A stretch of DNA of 64,000 bases from Camelus ferus (taxonomy: Eukaryota), in NCBI RefSeq assembly GCF_009834535.1, contig NC_045697.1, positions 88,972,001-89,036,000 on the forward strand, given 5' to 3'. Positions 37,580 through 49,252 of the stretch are shown piece after piece; within the stretch, counting starts at the first letter, position 1; every line of letters starts with the position of its first letter. Made by a program: the position numbers and the translations under genes. The notes beneath the pieces are model-generated. The model saw only the letters and a program-made list of their open reading frames with translations, was not told the DNA's origin and ran no database searches.

Positions 37580-38660
37580 ATGCTACTAAGTAAATGGAGA
37601 GAGTATGTGTTCATGGGTTTGAAGATTCAGTGCTAATAAAATGTCAATTTTATAAAAAACTGATTAGAGGGGTTTAAGGCAATCCCATTCAAAATCACAA
37701 TGGATTTTTGTTCTTCCTGTCGTTAGAAATCAACAAGCTGATTTTAATATTCACATGAAAATGCAAAGAACCAGAAATAGCCCAAATTGCTTTGAAAAGA
37801 AAGGTTAAAGTTGAAGGATATACACAATTTAATTACAAGACTTACTATAATGCTAGAGTAATTGAGCCCGTGTGACATAGACTTGTACCTCAAAGAAAAA
37901 ATAGAGCCTCTAGAGGTAGACCTACATGTATGTGGTAAATGGATTTTCCACAAAGATGTCAAGGTATTTGACTATGAAAAATTGTTTTCAATGAATGATG
38001 CTGGAACAATTTAATATTCTCATACAAAATTAAACCAATTAAACCTCACATACACAAATTAACTCAAAATTGATCATAGACCTAAAGGTTAGACCTAACA
38101 TTAGAAAACTTCTTGGAAGAAAATATAGGAGAAAAATTCTTGTGATCCTGGATTCTGAATAGATTTCTTATAAAGCACACAAAAAGCATAAACCCTAAAA
38201 ACATTTGATAAATTGGACTTCATATATACTAAAACCTTTGATGCCTTCAAATACACTATTAAAAAAATAAGAGGACAAGTCACAGTCTGTGAAAAGAATA
38301 TTTGCAAAATATACCTAAGTAGTTGTATCCAGAATATATAAAGGATTTTTACAGCTTGATAAGACATGAAAACTTGACAGAAAGAGGTTGTAATATTGAC
38401 ATCAAAGTGGCTAAAAAAGCATTTTAGGGTGATGGATATGTTCTGTATCACAATTATGGAGATGGTTACAAAACTATATGCATTAGACAAAAGTCATTCA
38501 ATTTTAAATTTAAAATCACTAAATACTATTCTATGTATATTGTGACTGATTTAATTTTTAAGAAAAAAAAGTTATCCATGGATTGTTATTGTTGAAGCTG
38601 ATGGTAATGGGTACATAGGAATTCATCATACTGTTCTCTCTACAAATTTCTTTATTAAAA
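37580..38660 (+). mobile_element. Old LINE-1 ORF2 3' part plus L1MC/ME-type 3' UTR pieces
   Basis: 'gcaatcccattcaaaatc', 'atgatgctggaacaatt', 'aaattaactcaaaattgatcatagaccta', 'ttggaagaaaatataggagaaaa', 'gggtgatggatatgttctgtatc'. Confidence 0.85.
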
Positions 38661-39749
38661 ATCTTAAAATTACATTTTATTTAATGCTAGACAGGGAAAT
38701 TACCTGGTTCTCTCCAAATACATGACAAAACAAATGAAAGGTAACCTGAAGGGGGTGTGATGCCTAAAGGAAGCTTGATGTGAAGGATGAATTGGAATGA
38801 GCTAGATGAAAAAGCATGCTGGGTTTTAGGAGGCCAAATTCTCTCAGCCCAGAAACAGATTTGTAGCAGAGTTGAGACCAGCATAATTGAGAGACAAAAA
38901 AGACCAAGATGGCTAAAGCTCTGAAAATAGATTTTATTAGAAAGTTCCAAATGCAACAGACTTGCTCATTAAAATAGTCAAGGCATAAATTTCAGTTGGC
39001 ATTTCATGATGCCAAGAGCAGAGATGAAGCCATCTCTCCGGTCTGAAGAGAACATAAAATTGATGACTTCAGTCTTGTCTCATTTAAACGGGATAAAATA
39101 AAATTTTGAAAAAAAATTTTTAATAAGATATTAGATAAATTGAAAGGCAATCTGAAGGTAACTCAAGAGCTGGCAACATCCACTTCTAAATTACAAATGG
39201 CTAAAGCATGCAAGGACTAGTGCCTTCAGCTTGCACCTAGATAATGTGTGAAGTAGAAGCTAAAGTTTAAAGAAGATAACAGAAGTAAAATTCTCCAAAC
39301 GGAACTTTATTTAAGAGACTGGAAACAATTTCCAGCTTCCTCATATTAGAGTTTTGATAAAACTTCTTTTCAGGCAAATACCAAGCTATCAACAATTATC
39401 CTAGATTTGGGGAGAGAGAGGAGACACCTATCCCTAAATCCACACCCTGGGCTTTTAAAAGGTTTTGCTCTGCACATGGAGGGAGAAAATGAAAACAGAG
39501 CTTTCTGAACTGGTTGTAGCCGACTCCTGATCAGGAAATCAGCAATGACAGAGAAGAGGGCCAAGCCGGTTTCTTCATGTTCCCCACATGTTAATTCGTG
39601 TGTGTTACCACCAGGCCAAATGCAGTCAGGGGCCTCTGCTTTCTTTTAGGTCTTAGTTTCTCCCCAGTAGGTCAGACACTGAAGGAAATGATCCAATATT
39701 ATCTCTCTCTCTCTCTCTTTTTTGTTTTTGTTTTTGGCTATTTTTCCCT

Positions 39750-39826
39750 CTTGTGTCTTTAGTGCCTTAAAGAGTACCTGAAACATATTAGGCTCCAAAG
39801 AATATCTGTTGAATGAGTGAATAAAA
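39750..39826 (+). mobile_element. L2 3' end
   Basis: 'agtgccttaaagagtacctgaaacatattaggctccaaagaatatctgttgaatgagtgaataaa'. Confidence 0.75.
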
Positions 39827-41514
39827 TCCTTCACCTGAAATAATTACTGCATTGAACTGAGTGTAAGGAAGACACTTGGCCACCTGGGACTTTTTTTTTT
39901 CTCTCATTACATTGTTGCCTTAAAATCCTTTATCCTCTGCTCAGCAGCATTTGTTCTTAAATTGAATTACTGTTAGTATGAATCACGACTTAACAAAGTT
40001 CTGTTTGAATTATTTTATACATTCTTGAAGGAAAGTGGCTCAGATCTTAACTTCCCATACACTGCTATGATTTACTCAAGTGAGTGTTTCTATGCTATGA
40101 CATTTTGTATTTTTCTTAAAAAAAATAGGTAATGTATTTCAACTAAAAAAAATTTCCAGCCAATAGATATAAATTAGTAGATATTTATTTCAGTAGAGCA
40201 GAGGCAGTATCTGTAAAAAGGCAGAATCATGTAAATTACTTAGCTAATAAATTATAAACTATATAAGAATGACAAAGTTTTACTTTATTTTGAACATTGA
40301 CATCTGTTTCAGTATGGTTTTTGTATGACTAGACTGATAAAAAATGTTAGAGGAGAAAATAACTTTGAGCACTGGATAAAGGATCAGTCTGAGAGAAAAT
40401 TATTACAAATAGATCCTTTGCAAATCAAAGTGGATTGTGATTTAGGGAAATTTCTCGTTTTAATAATTTTTTTGGCATCAGGAGCTCATGCGATAACTGT
40501 TATAAACTACAGAGAGTCCAGACAACTGGCTTGGTGACTGAGCCAGCAGCCCTTAGCCTACTGTATCATGTCGTCTCAATCTTTGGGAGTAGGAAATCCT
40601 GAGGTTTTCCCCTATTGTTGAAGGAAGTCTGTGTGGGGTCTGGAAATTGCACACTTTTCCATAATCCTCAGCCCTCCTCCCTCTGCTCCCCTCCAGGCAA
40701 CCGTCAGGCTATTTTGTCTTAACTTTATGCTTTCCTGTCTTTAGCCTCACTCCCCACACCACTGCCTTCCCCCCTGCACTCAACAGAGCATTCAGGAACT
40801 GTTATTTTCTGCAAAAGATAAAACACAGAAGATCTGGATAATAAGCAAAGTCATTTCTGAGTGATCTTTTAACTCACTTATACTCATTTCACTTGATAAA
40901 AGGAACTCCCATCCTTTGCTTCTGGAACAAGTCTTTCATCCTTTATCTCTGAGTTCTCTAAGGCTAGATAAACTATGCACACTGTGGCAGTCCATTTCAT
41001 TTCCTTCCTTTAATTTCCTCATCACTAATTTCTTCAAAAGTCTGACATTGGTTAGGACTATAAAAAAGAATAAAAACAGCATTATAATTATATACCTACC
41101 CACAGAACAGCTACATGACATGATTTCCTACTACTCTTTTCTTCCATAAAAGGGCTAATACAAAATCCACCCTCTGGGTCATCGATCTGCTGCTGGACGA
41201 GCACCTGTGTTCTGCGGCTGCCGGGGCCACTGTATGTGCGCCCAGCAGATGCGAAATACTGGGTTGGCACCACGGGGACGGAGGACCATGCGGCTGGGTC
41301 GTAGCCCCATATACTCATTCCGTAAATCCAGTAATTCAAGTTTTTTAAACATAAAACATGAATTTTACTAAATTAGAAATCTGGAACTCCCAGGAATCAT
41401 AAAAAATGTCATATGTGACTGGATAGTCTCTGCTCAAAAACTAAAAATAAACTCAGTTGTAGCAGAAACATGGGACATTTAAAAAATGGCTCTCAAGTGC
41501 TAGAGATACAGGAT

Positions 41515-41712
41515 CAGCAGTGTGTTGCTAAAGATTTAATAGGAGGGGGAAGTCCTGATGTATAGCATTTGCTGCTTTCTATGGTGTAAATACTCCCACT
41601 ATGGCCAATTTTGAGCTACCTGGACAACATCAGTAAACATCAGTAAAGACGGGAAGAAAGGTGTGTAATTGGTTCTTGGGAGCAAGTCTGAGCAGTCTCC
41701 AGCATCCCACTG
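41515..41712 (-). mobile_element. MER63A-like hAT (Blackjack) DNA transposon
   Basis: Imperfect TIRs cagcagtgtgttg / cagcatcccactg and internal 'ggtgtaaatactcccactatggccaattttgagctacc'. Confidence 0.8.
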
Positions 41713-43835
41713 TGAGCTGAACAAAAGAATATATTTGAAACTGGCTTTAGGTATTAGTTTATAATCAGTGCCTTGGAAAACATACATACCAAGCATAACA
41801 TGTTTTTGCTACTAAAAGAAAAATATTGAATGTTTTAGGTGAAATGTTTCAAATCAAATAAATAAATAAAAGGAAAGTTTGGATTAAGGAAAGCATTGTG
41901 TTGGGTGCAAGTTCAAATTCAGTTCCTGCTGGTAGTTTCTATCACTCAATTTCTTTTTCTGTCCTCCACTCATTTGTGAAGCTGCAAATGAACTGCAATC
42001 AAATTGTGATCACGTGTTTTTCTTACGAGGCATACAATATTAAGTAGGCTTATGACACAAGGCATGAGTAGTGAGATATCATTGTCAGTGCCATTTGTCC
42101 TCTTTGGTGTCTTGCTGAGATAGCTTTAGGACATTCTGGAATTCAGTTCTTATCCATGCTGTAGAAATGTTCCAGTTTTCAGCTCTATGGCTTCTGGGTC
42201 TGCCCAGTCCTGCTCATTGTTTTCTTGGCATTGTGGAAACCTAGAAGTGGATCTGTTTTTACAACATCTCTCTGTTGTAACATCAACTAAGACTGTATCT
42301 TCTAGACTCAACATTTAAATGCCTCTCTTTGAGAAGGATTCATTATGCCATTTTACTTTCAGAACCCACAAACCTATGCCTTTTGCTCTTTCCTATGGGC
42401 TTCATCCTAGCACTCAGGTGCAGGTCTCTCTCTAGTTGAGATCCACCTTTATCCATGTAATAAAAATTTTTCTTCCAACTATTCCCCATCCTAACCAACT
42501 CCAGCCTCGGGCACCTGTCGTCTGTCCTACGTGGAGTGGTAGGACAGGGCAGCCTGACTCTAATTCATGATGTTTTCTTTTAAATCCTTCTCCCGGTTGT
42601 GTGCACTCTGTCTTCCCTTATGGGTTTTACTGTTGGAACTCTAGAGTTGGGGGGAGAGTCCTCCTTTTCTCCTTAACAGCATTATTTTCTTTTTGACGTG
42701 ACAGAGTGCTAAATGGTCCAGTATTTCAATTTGTAAGAAGAGTGAGAAGAAGGGAAAGAAAATTGAGGGGAAAAAAACTTTCTTAAAATATAACTGCAAT
42801 TTCATACCACACTGCATTATTGAAACAATAATTCTTATACTTTTACTAACTGTTTCTGCTGCAAGCAGAGAAGAGCTAGTGGCCGACTCTCAAAGAAATT
42901 CTTTCTTCAATATTAGATTCTAAGAAACACTAAAATCATAAACAAAAACTAAAATTTGAAGAACCCCTGGGAAGAAAGCTTAAACGACTGAGGAAATTCA
43001 GCAGAGTTTAGTAGCATAGCAGCCAAGAGCATAATGGTTTGAGCTAATATGAACTGCTTGGCCCAAGTACAAACACCTAGAAACTTTGCATTTTTAACAA
43101 ACACAAAATCTAAGAAGTCCCCAGAAGGCAAAGATGAAGAAGAAACCTCAAATTAAAGCAGTAAACTTGCAATAAGCTCCCAATATGCTCTTAAACTGGT
43201 ACCCTGGTGGCTGTAAAGGTATCAGAGCAGAGATGGGACCAAAGTGCTAGGGCCTGAGACAGTAACGCCCACTCTGAACAGGAGACATGGTCTCAGGAGA
43301 GAAAGCCAGACTGAGATCGCTCCATAAAGCTGGGGCTTGCCATCAGCCCAGGAGACTTTTTTTTTTTTTTTTAAATGAGTCCATTCCTGGGAGAAGAAAA
43401 GAAAACAAAATATATATGCATAATCTCTATGTACATATTATATATACATATGTTTTATATTGACACATATAAAATGTAAATATATAATGTATACATAATA
43501 CATATACACACATTTTTATATAAATATCTGCCGTGAAAATTCTGGAACCCCAGTGTAGTATGAAATCTGAATTAACATTATCTGTATGCACGCTCTGGAA
43601 GTCTCTAAGCCAAGGAATTAACATAAATTTGATATATAATAGTATAATATTCCTTTATGTTATATAAAGGAATAGAAGATAATATAATATAATGTAATTT
43701 CTTCCCCTTGTATGAACTTGCACAATTTTTTTCCCTAAATAATATCATTTAATACATTGGTGACATCATCCATACAAAGTTAGCTTTACTTTAAAAAATT
43801 AGGACCATAATATAAATGGGTAAAAAAACAGACCT

Positions 43836-43980
43836 GACTGAGCCTCAGGTAACCCCTGGGAACAGGTCCCGGGGGTGGCCCTGCCCTGCCTCGGTGTGGA
43901 GAGAGGCCGAGTGCGGTGGGGCGGGGCTCTTGTCAGAGCCAGCCTCCTGGGGCAGAACGCTGACTGGAAGGCGGGGCCAG
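43836..43980 (+). mobile_element. MIR core and tail, strongly GC-shifted
   Basis: 'ctgagcctcag' core anchor followed by collinear MIR-like blocks with A/T replaced by G/C (see findings). Confidence 0.55.
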
Positions 43981-44460
43981 TAGGGGGTAGTGGGGGCGCA
44001 GCCTCTGCTAAGAACAAGCCGAGGCTCTTGGCTTCCTGGTCTAGCTATGTCTCCTTGTCCCTTTTCTGCCCCAGGCCACGGCCAAAGCCTCTCCTATAAA
44101 GTTTGGCTCAGGCTCAGCAGGTCACTGACAAGGGCAGGGAATGGGCTCAGAGGGCAGACAGGAGAGGAGAAACAGGAAGCCATCCGCGGTGAGGAAGGGG
44201 CGGGGACCGACGGGGACCCTGGCTGCGTCCCGGTCAGGACATGCTCACAGTCACTGTGCAGGCCCCGCATCGGCGGAGGCTGAGAAGTGCTATAGTTAAC
44301 CGTCACAGCAATCACTGCCAACTGACACACGGTCTGATTTTACGTTTGTTTAGTGTGTTCCCTGTCTCCTCTACCACCCGTGATCTCCTGGACGTCAGAG
44401 ACCTGACGTTTTCTCCTCACCTCCTAGAGGAGAGGGCCTGGTACCGGGCAAAAACATGAT
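43840..44460. promoter_or_regulatory. CpG/GC-rich island-like segment with GC boxes and a TATAAA
   Basis: Many CpGs in a depleted background; ggggcgggg at ~43918 and ~44197, ggcggggc at ~43970; TATAAA at 44095-44100. Regulatory function not shown. Confidence 0.4.
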
Positions 44461-44470
44461 CAGTAAGCTT
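44335..44470 (+). mobile_element. L2 3' end, GC-shifted
   Basis: 'ttgtttagtgtgttccctgtctcctctaccacccgtgatctcctggacgtcagagacctg...gcctggtaccgggca...atcagtaagcttttgg' follows the L2 terminal consensus order. Confidence 0.6.
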
Positions 44471-46849
44471 TTGGTCCCTTGGTGTGGCTGCTGCTGTTGA
44501 CACAGTCCACTATGTGGACACCCAGCACCCTGCACAGGATTATCATTCCCCCAAATTGCAATAATACAGAGATTTTTAAATGAGATTTGTAAAAAAGTAT
44601 CTCTTTTGGAAGGATCAACAATAAATAAAAGCAGATATGAAAATAAAGTTCTAAAAATGGCATGCACATACACACACACAGAAGCACATGCTCGTTTAAA
44701 TTAAAAGCACTACGCAACACGAAAGTATAAAACCTGTGCTCCACCTCTCTGAAGTCATACTGGAAAGAAATGGAAATCCTGAGGCAGTTCTATATTAAGG
44801 GCTGAGAAGGTGGGCTCTGGAATCATGCTCCAGAGGTTCAAGTGAGAAAGTGTTTTCTTTGCTTTCTAATACATGCTATGAGAAAGATGCAGGAGAGGCC
44901 AGCAGAAGGAGGGAGAGAGAGAAGGAGGCACTAAGGAAGGCGTGGAGGAAGGGAGGGAGACAAGGACAGAAAAAAGGCAGGGATCAGAGTGAGACAAGGA
45001 GGCCAGTGGTTTCCAAAGTTCCCAACAGCACAGAAAAAGATTCCATTCTACTAGCATGCTTGGTTTTCGGACTTTCTTGACATTCCCAGTTCTAATCTAT
45101 CCTGTTCTTTCCAATGACTTCTGACTCTCCAGTCTCTAATACACTATCCTTTAGGATGCTGTTACAGCCTTTCAGCTGTGGAATTCCTATTGAAACTCTC
45201 CATTTTAAAGCTTAAGTGCTTGTGGGCAGGTGTGAGTGTGTGTCTATTGGTTTCCTGGAAATAAGGAAATAGAAGAAAACTGAATGATAGATCTCTTCCT
45301 CATTTTCTTAACTTTTAAATTATTGTGTGTACAACTTTGTATAATCTCCAAGCCATTTACTTTGGAAAGAGATAAGCAATAAATATGTATTCTTAGTGTG
45401 CAGATATTCCAAAATACTTTTTAGATTATTGTCTGACTTACCTACCACAGAGGTGGTGACTGCTTACAGGATACTGTTGCATCTTTATCAAAATGGGGAT
45501 GTAGGGTGTGGTTTTTGTCTTCAGCAGAAAACATATTTAATAAACGAATTAATCCAACTGTTCTCTGTGTACTTAGTCCCAAGATTATTTACTTGATTTG
45601 GTATGTCATCTCTGTGGATTTGAGTTTTGAAAATAGAAAAGGTTTTGTGAGGTTTAACCCTGGCACAAGACATAAGGTATATCATCTCTGGGTAAAATTG
45701 TGAATAGAGTCCATTCCCATCAAACAGAGCCTCTTAATAAGGAACAAAGTAATATTTAAAGAGGCATTTTAGAATATGGGAAAATTAGAACAATGTATGA
45801 TATTATAAAGGGTTTAGTTTGAAACTGCTAAAAAACATTATGAATATGTGCATAAATATATATTTGATAGTATCATCTGTTAAACTTATACATTAAGATA
45901 TTTACATAAATACTTAAAATTATGAAGAACAAATGAAATATAAATGATGAATAATAAATAATGTTTTCACACTTCAAAATGCTAGTTTTTAGTTATCAAT
46001 GAATAAATAATTTAAAGCAAAAATATATATTTGAAATATTAATATTAAGGACCATTTTGAAATACATTTCCATGATAATTTGAAAACTTAAGCTGATACC
46101 ACCTTCCTAATGTGCTGAGCTTTCTCTAGCCTTTAGAAATAGTTATTAACACTTCTCTACTCTGAAGTATAATTGTTCTCTGGTTTTATCAGTGTGTAAA
46201 GTTTCTTTATTTAAATATTTCATCCTATATATGCTGGTAACTATTAATTAGGTAAATAGCCAAAGAAAGAGTCAAAAAATGTTTCTAAGCCATTTTAGAA
46301 AATAGGATTGTTACTATGTGTCCAGATGTTTCATTAGATTGAAAAACTTTCTGTAAATGACCCATGAACTTATAATTAATAGTTCATGGAAAATAACCTA
46401 GGAGAGTTAAGACGTGAAACCTCTGGCTGAAGTACCTGTTAATTAGAAAGGACCATGAACGGCACCGTGTATTGAGAGCACCGCTAGTTCACTTGGTATG
46501 TTCTCCAAAAACTGAATATTTTGACATAGACTTTGAAGATAGACGGGTGTGGGAGTTTTCTAGATAGAGGCTTAAAAGGAAGAACATTTAAAATTGTTGT
46601 AAAATAAATATCTTTGTTTAATATTTGTAAGGAGATTTTCCCCCACTATTTAGAAAGGCTATTTTCTTCTCCTTTTTGTTTTCCCAAGTTTAATACCTTA
46701 GTTAATTAGTCTGAACAGACACATTAAACTAGTCTTCTGGCTTTTTAAAATTAGGTTAAACAGAGGCTGTCATTTGTCTTTCAGTGAATCTTCTCAAAGG
46801 AAGAGGTTTTGGTTTTTTTTAATTGAAATTTGGAACTTGCCTTAGGACA

Positions 46850-46945
46850 CTCATTCATTCATTCAATTACTTAATGAGTCATTTATTACACACAATGTTA
46901 TCTGCCAAGCCAAGGGCCAGTATTTAGAATACAATGATGGCCAGG
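46850..46945 (-). mobile_element. L2 3' end
   Basis: 'cattcattcattcaa...catttattacacac...tctgccaagcc...tagaatacaatgatg'. Confidence 0.65.
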
Positions 46946-47479
46946 AGAGGAAGACAAACTCCTGATAAACAAATATTTTATCAGCTAATTTTGTTCCTTT
47001 GTGTCTTAAAGTGGATGCACTGGACACTTACTCAAAAATGTGAGTTTAACCTTGTCCTACCATAAGTTACAAACAAGGATTCCGATCACTTATGTCAACA
47101 TATTTTGGAAGATATTTCACAGAAAAGGAGTGGAATAAATTCAGAAGAACAAATTAGAATATTATAAAAGTACACATGAAGAAAGAAGACAGCTTCAGAA
47201 ATGCTTGATTAATGACAGCCATTCCCAAAAATAAAACCTAAGTAACACAAGACATTGGAGGCAGAACACAAAGGAATAAGGCAAAAAAAAAAAAAAAAGT
47301 TTTAATTATCCATGCAAATAAAACAGGAAATTGTCCTAGACCTTTTGGCCAGGAAAGAAAACTTGGACTATATACTGGGCTGAAACTTTTACTTTTCAGA
47401 TGTAAAGTACAGATAAGAGACCTACAAATTTAAGCAGTTCTTGAAAAATGGCAGGCCTGGCTAAAGAATAACCTATCTG

Positions 47480-47960
47480 AGTGTTCTGAGTTTGCGCCAC
47501 TGGATTCGAATACTTTAACTGAAGCTGACCTACCAGCGTTGGTGAGGAAGGACCTGTTTGCCAGGTCTTGAGAGGAGGTCCCTTCCATTTTCTTCTCAGA
47601 TCAGCCTCCTAGGGTTTTCACGGGAGAGCGGGGAGGATGCTGGCCTCGAACCTCACTGTGAGGGTCTCACGGCCCTACGGCCACACTAGACACGAACAAG
47701 TGCTGGTCTTGCACAGTGTGCGGGGCCCTGTGCCTAGTATCTTCTCAACTGAAACTGTAACTCCTCTCCAACGTGCCCAGCGTCTAGAGCGGTACCACAA
47801 CCACCCACGCGTGCCCTCCCATCCGGGGCGCTGCTTATGGGAGGTGCCTCGTCCACACAATACCTCACAGATACCTGCCTCGGCTCTCTCTGGGAAGCGG
47901 CCTTCTGAAACAGGCCCAGCAGCTGCTTCTCATGAAGCTCCAGCCCAGCCTCCTTTCCCA
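47480..47960. promoter_or_regulatory. Second CpG-enriched segment, candidate promoter/first exon
   Basis: Local CpG excess; 'gggaggATGctg...cact|gtgagg' possible ATG (47637) and weak donor (47658). Confidence 0.3.
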
Positions 47961-48816
47961 ACAATCCAGTTCTTTGTCAAGAGCCTAGGTCTTGGAAAAT
48001 ATAAGCTTCCATTCTCCCCCACAGGAAGAATATCCTCAGGCCTCCTGGAGCTAAGCCCTATTGGCCCTCTTTACAGGGGGAAAGAGGAGAATGTATCTCA
48101 TTCTTTCCTGTTTGGAAAACACAATTAAGTTCTTCTCCCAGAGGGCTGTGTGACAGCATACTGACTGAACCTAATTGCTCCCTCTCAGGTAACACAATTT
48201 TTTTTTTTTGCAATAAAAGCTAAAAATAAATATCAAATTCTCAATACAGGGAGGGAAATTAAAGTTGTGCTATGTCTTTTGGATAGAAAAGTTACACAAA
48301 ATAGCAAACAAAAACAAGTAAATAGTCACAAAAAACGAGTAGTAAAAATGCTTTTGGAATGTTTTCATTCAGATACATATAATTTTGGAATTCAGTTTCT
48401 GAGGATGGTTTTCTGGACAGGAGTTTTACACAGAGTGTAATACTTAAGGGCTCTTCTTTGTTTGATTTCAATAGATTTTAATGTCAAAGTGTTGTTTGTT
48501 TCATTCCAATGCCACATGCTTGTACTGAGAAAAGTTTGCGTTAAGTCACTAAGTGAGTGACTAGAGGCTCACGTGTTGACCGTTGCTCAATAGATTTAGA
48601 TTTTTCACTCTTCATTTTAAAAGAAAAAAGTCTGTTGAAATCCAAGGAGGTCACAGACAAAAGACTGTATTATTCATTATTTTTGTTCCCTTAGGAAAAT
48701 TGTAAGGAATAATTCTGGTGACCACATTGTTTTGTTCAAAAAAGATGTTTTGTTTTTTTGAACAGAAAAGTGTCAAGTTGAAAATGTTCTTTTTCTTTTC
48801 TTTATCACTTTTAAAG

Positions 48817-48923
48817 GATCACTCAACCAAATCAAGCAATTGAAAAAAATGGCAGGCACTTTTTATGTGAACCAAAACTTCTTCACGTACCCAGAAACAA
48901 ATGCTAAATTCCATTTTAATCAG
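48817..48923 (+). other. Candidate exon (107 nt)
   Basis: Long pyrimidine tract + aag acceptor, cag|gtcaga donor, one fully open frame SLNQIKQLKKMAGTFYVNQNFFTYPETNAKFHFNQ. Confidence 0.35.
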
Positions 48924-49174
48924 GTCAGATCAGTTTACACAGAATGGATTACTATCGTAACGATCTCTGAGAGTAATAATAATTTGATTCTGTTATAAAA
49001 ATTTGTAAGGCTGTTGTCCTGTATTCAGTTGCTAAGTTTCACATATATTTGTACTATGATCTTATAAGTCAGCATAATCACTGTTAAAAAGAGAAAAACA
49101 ATGAAAAAGCAAAAATAAGTGTTACTTCATGGATATAACTCTTTTTTTTCTTTTTTTGGTATTTAAACCAAAAG

Positions 49175-49252
49175 AAGTCAAGGAAAGAATGGCTCCCAAA
49201 GGATACCCGTCGGCCAACATATTTTGACTGTTGAAGTGCAGATCTTGTCTAA
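49175..49252 (+). other. Candidate exon (alternative donor would extend it to 49384)
   Basis: T-rich tract + aag acceptor; aa|gtaagt donor at 49253 or aag|gtaaag at 49385. Confidence 0.3.

Noticed and set aside
47637..48128. Longest ORF in the track (163 aa)
   Set aside because: Pro/Ser/Arg-rich composition expected from a GC-rich patch, no recognisable domain, partly overlaps repeat-like sequence
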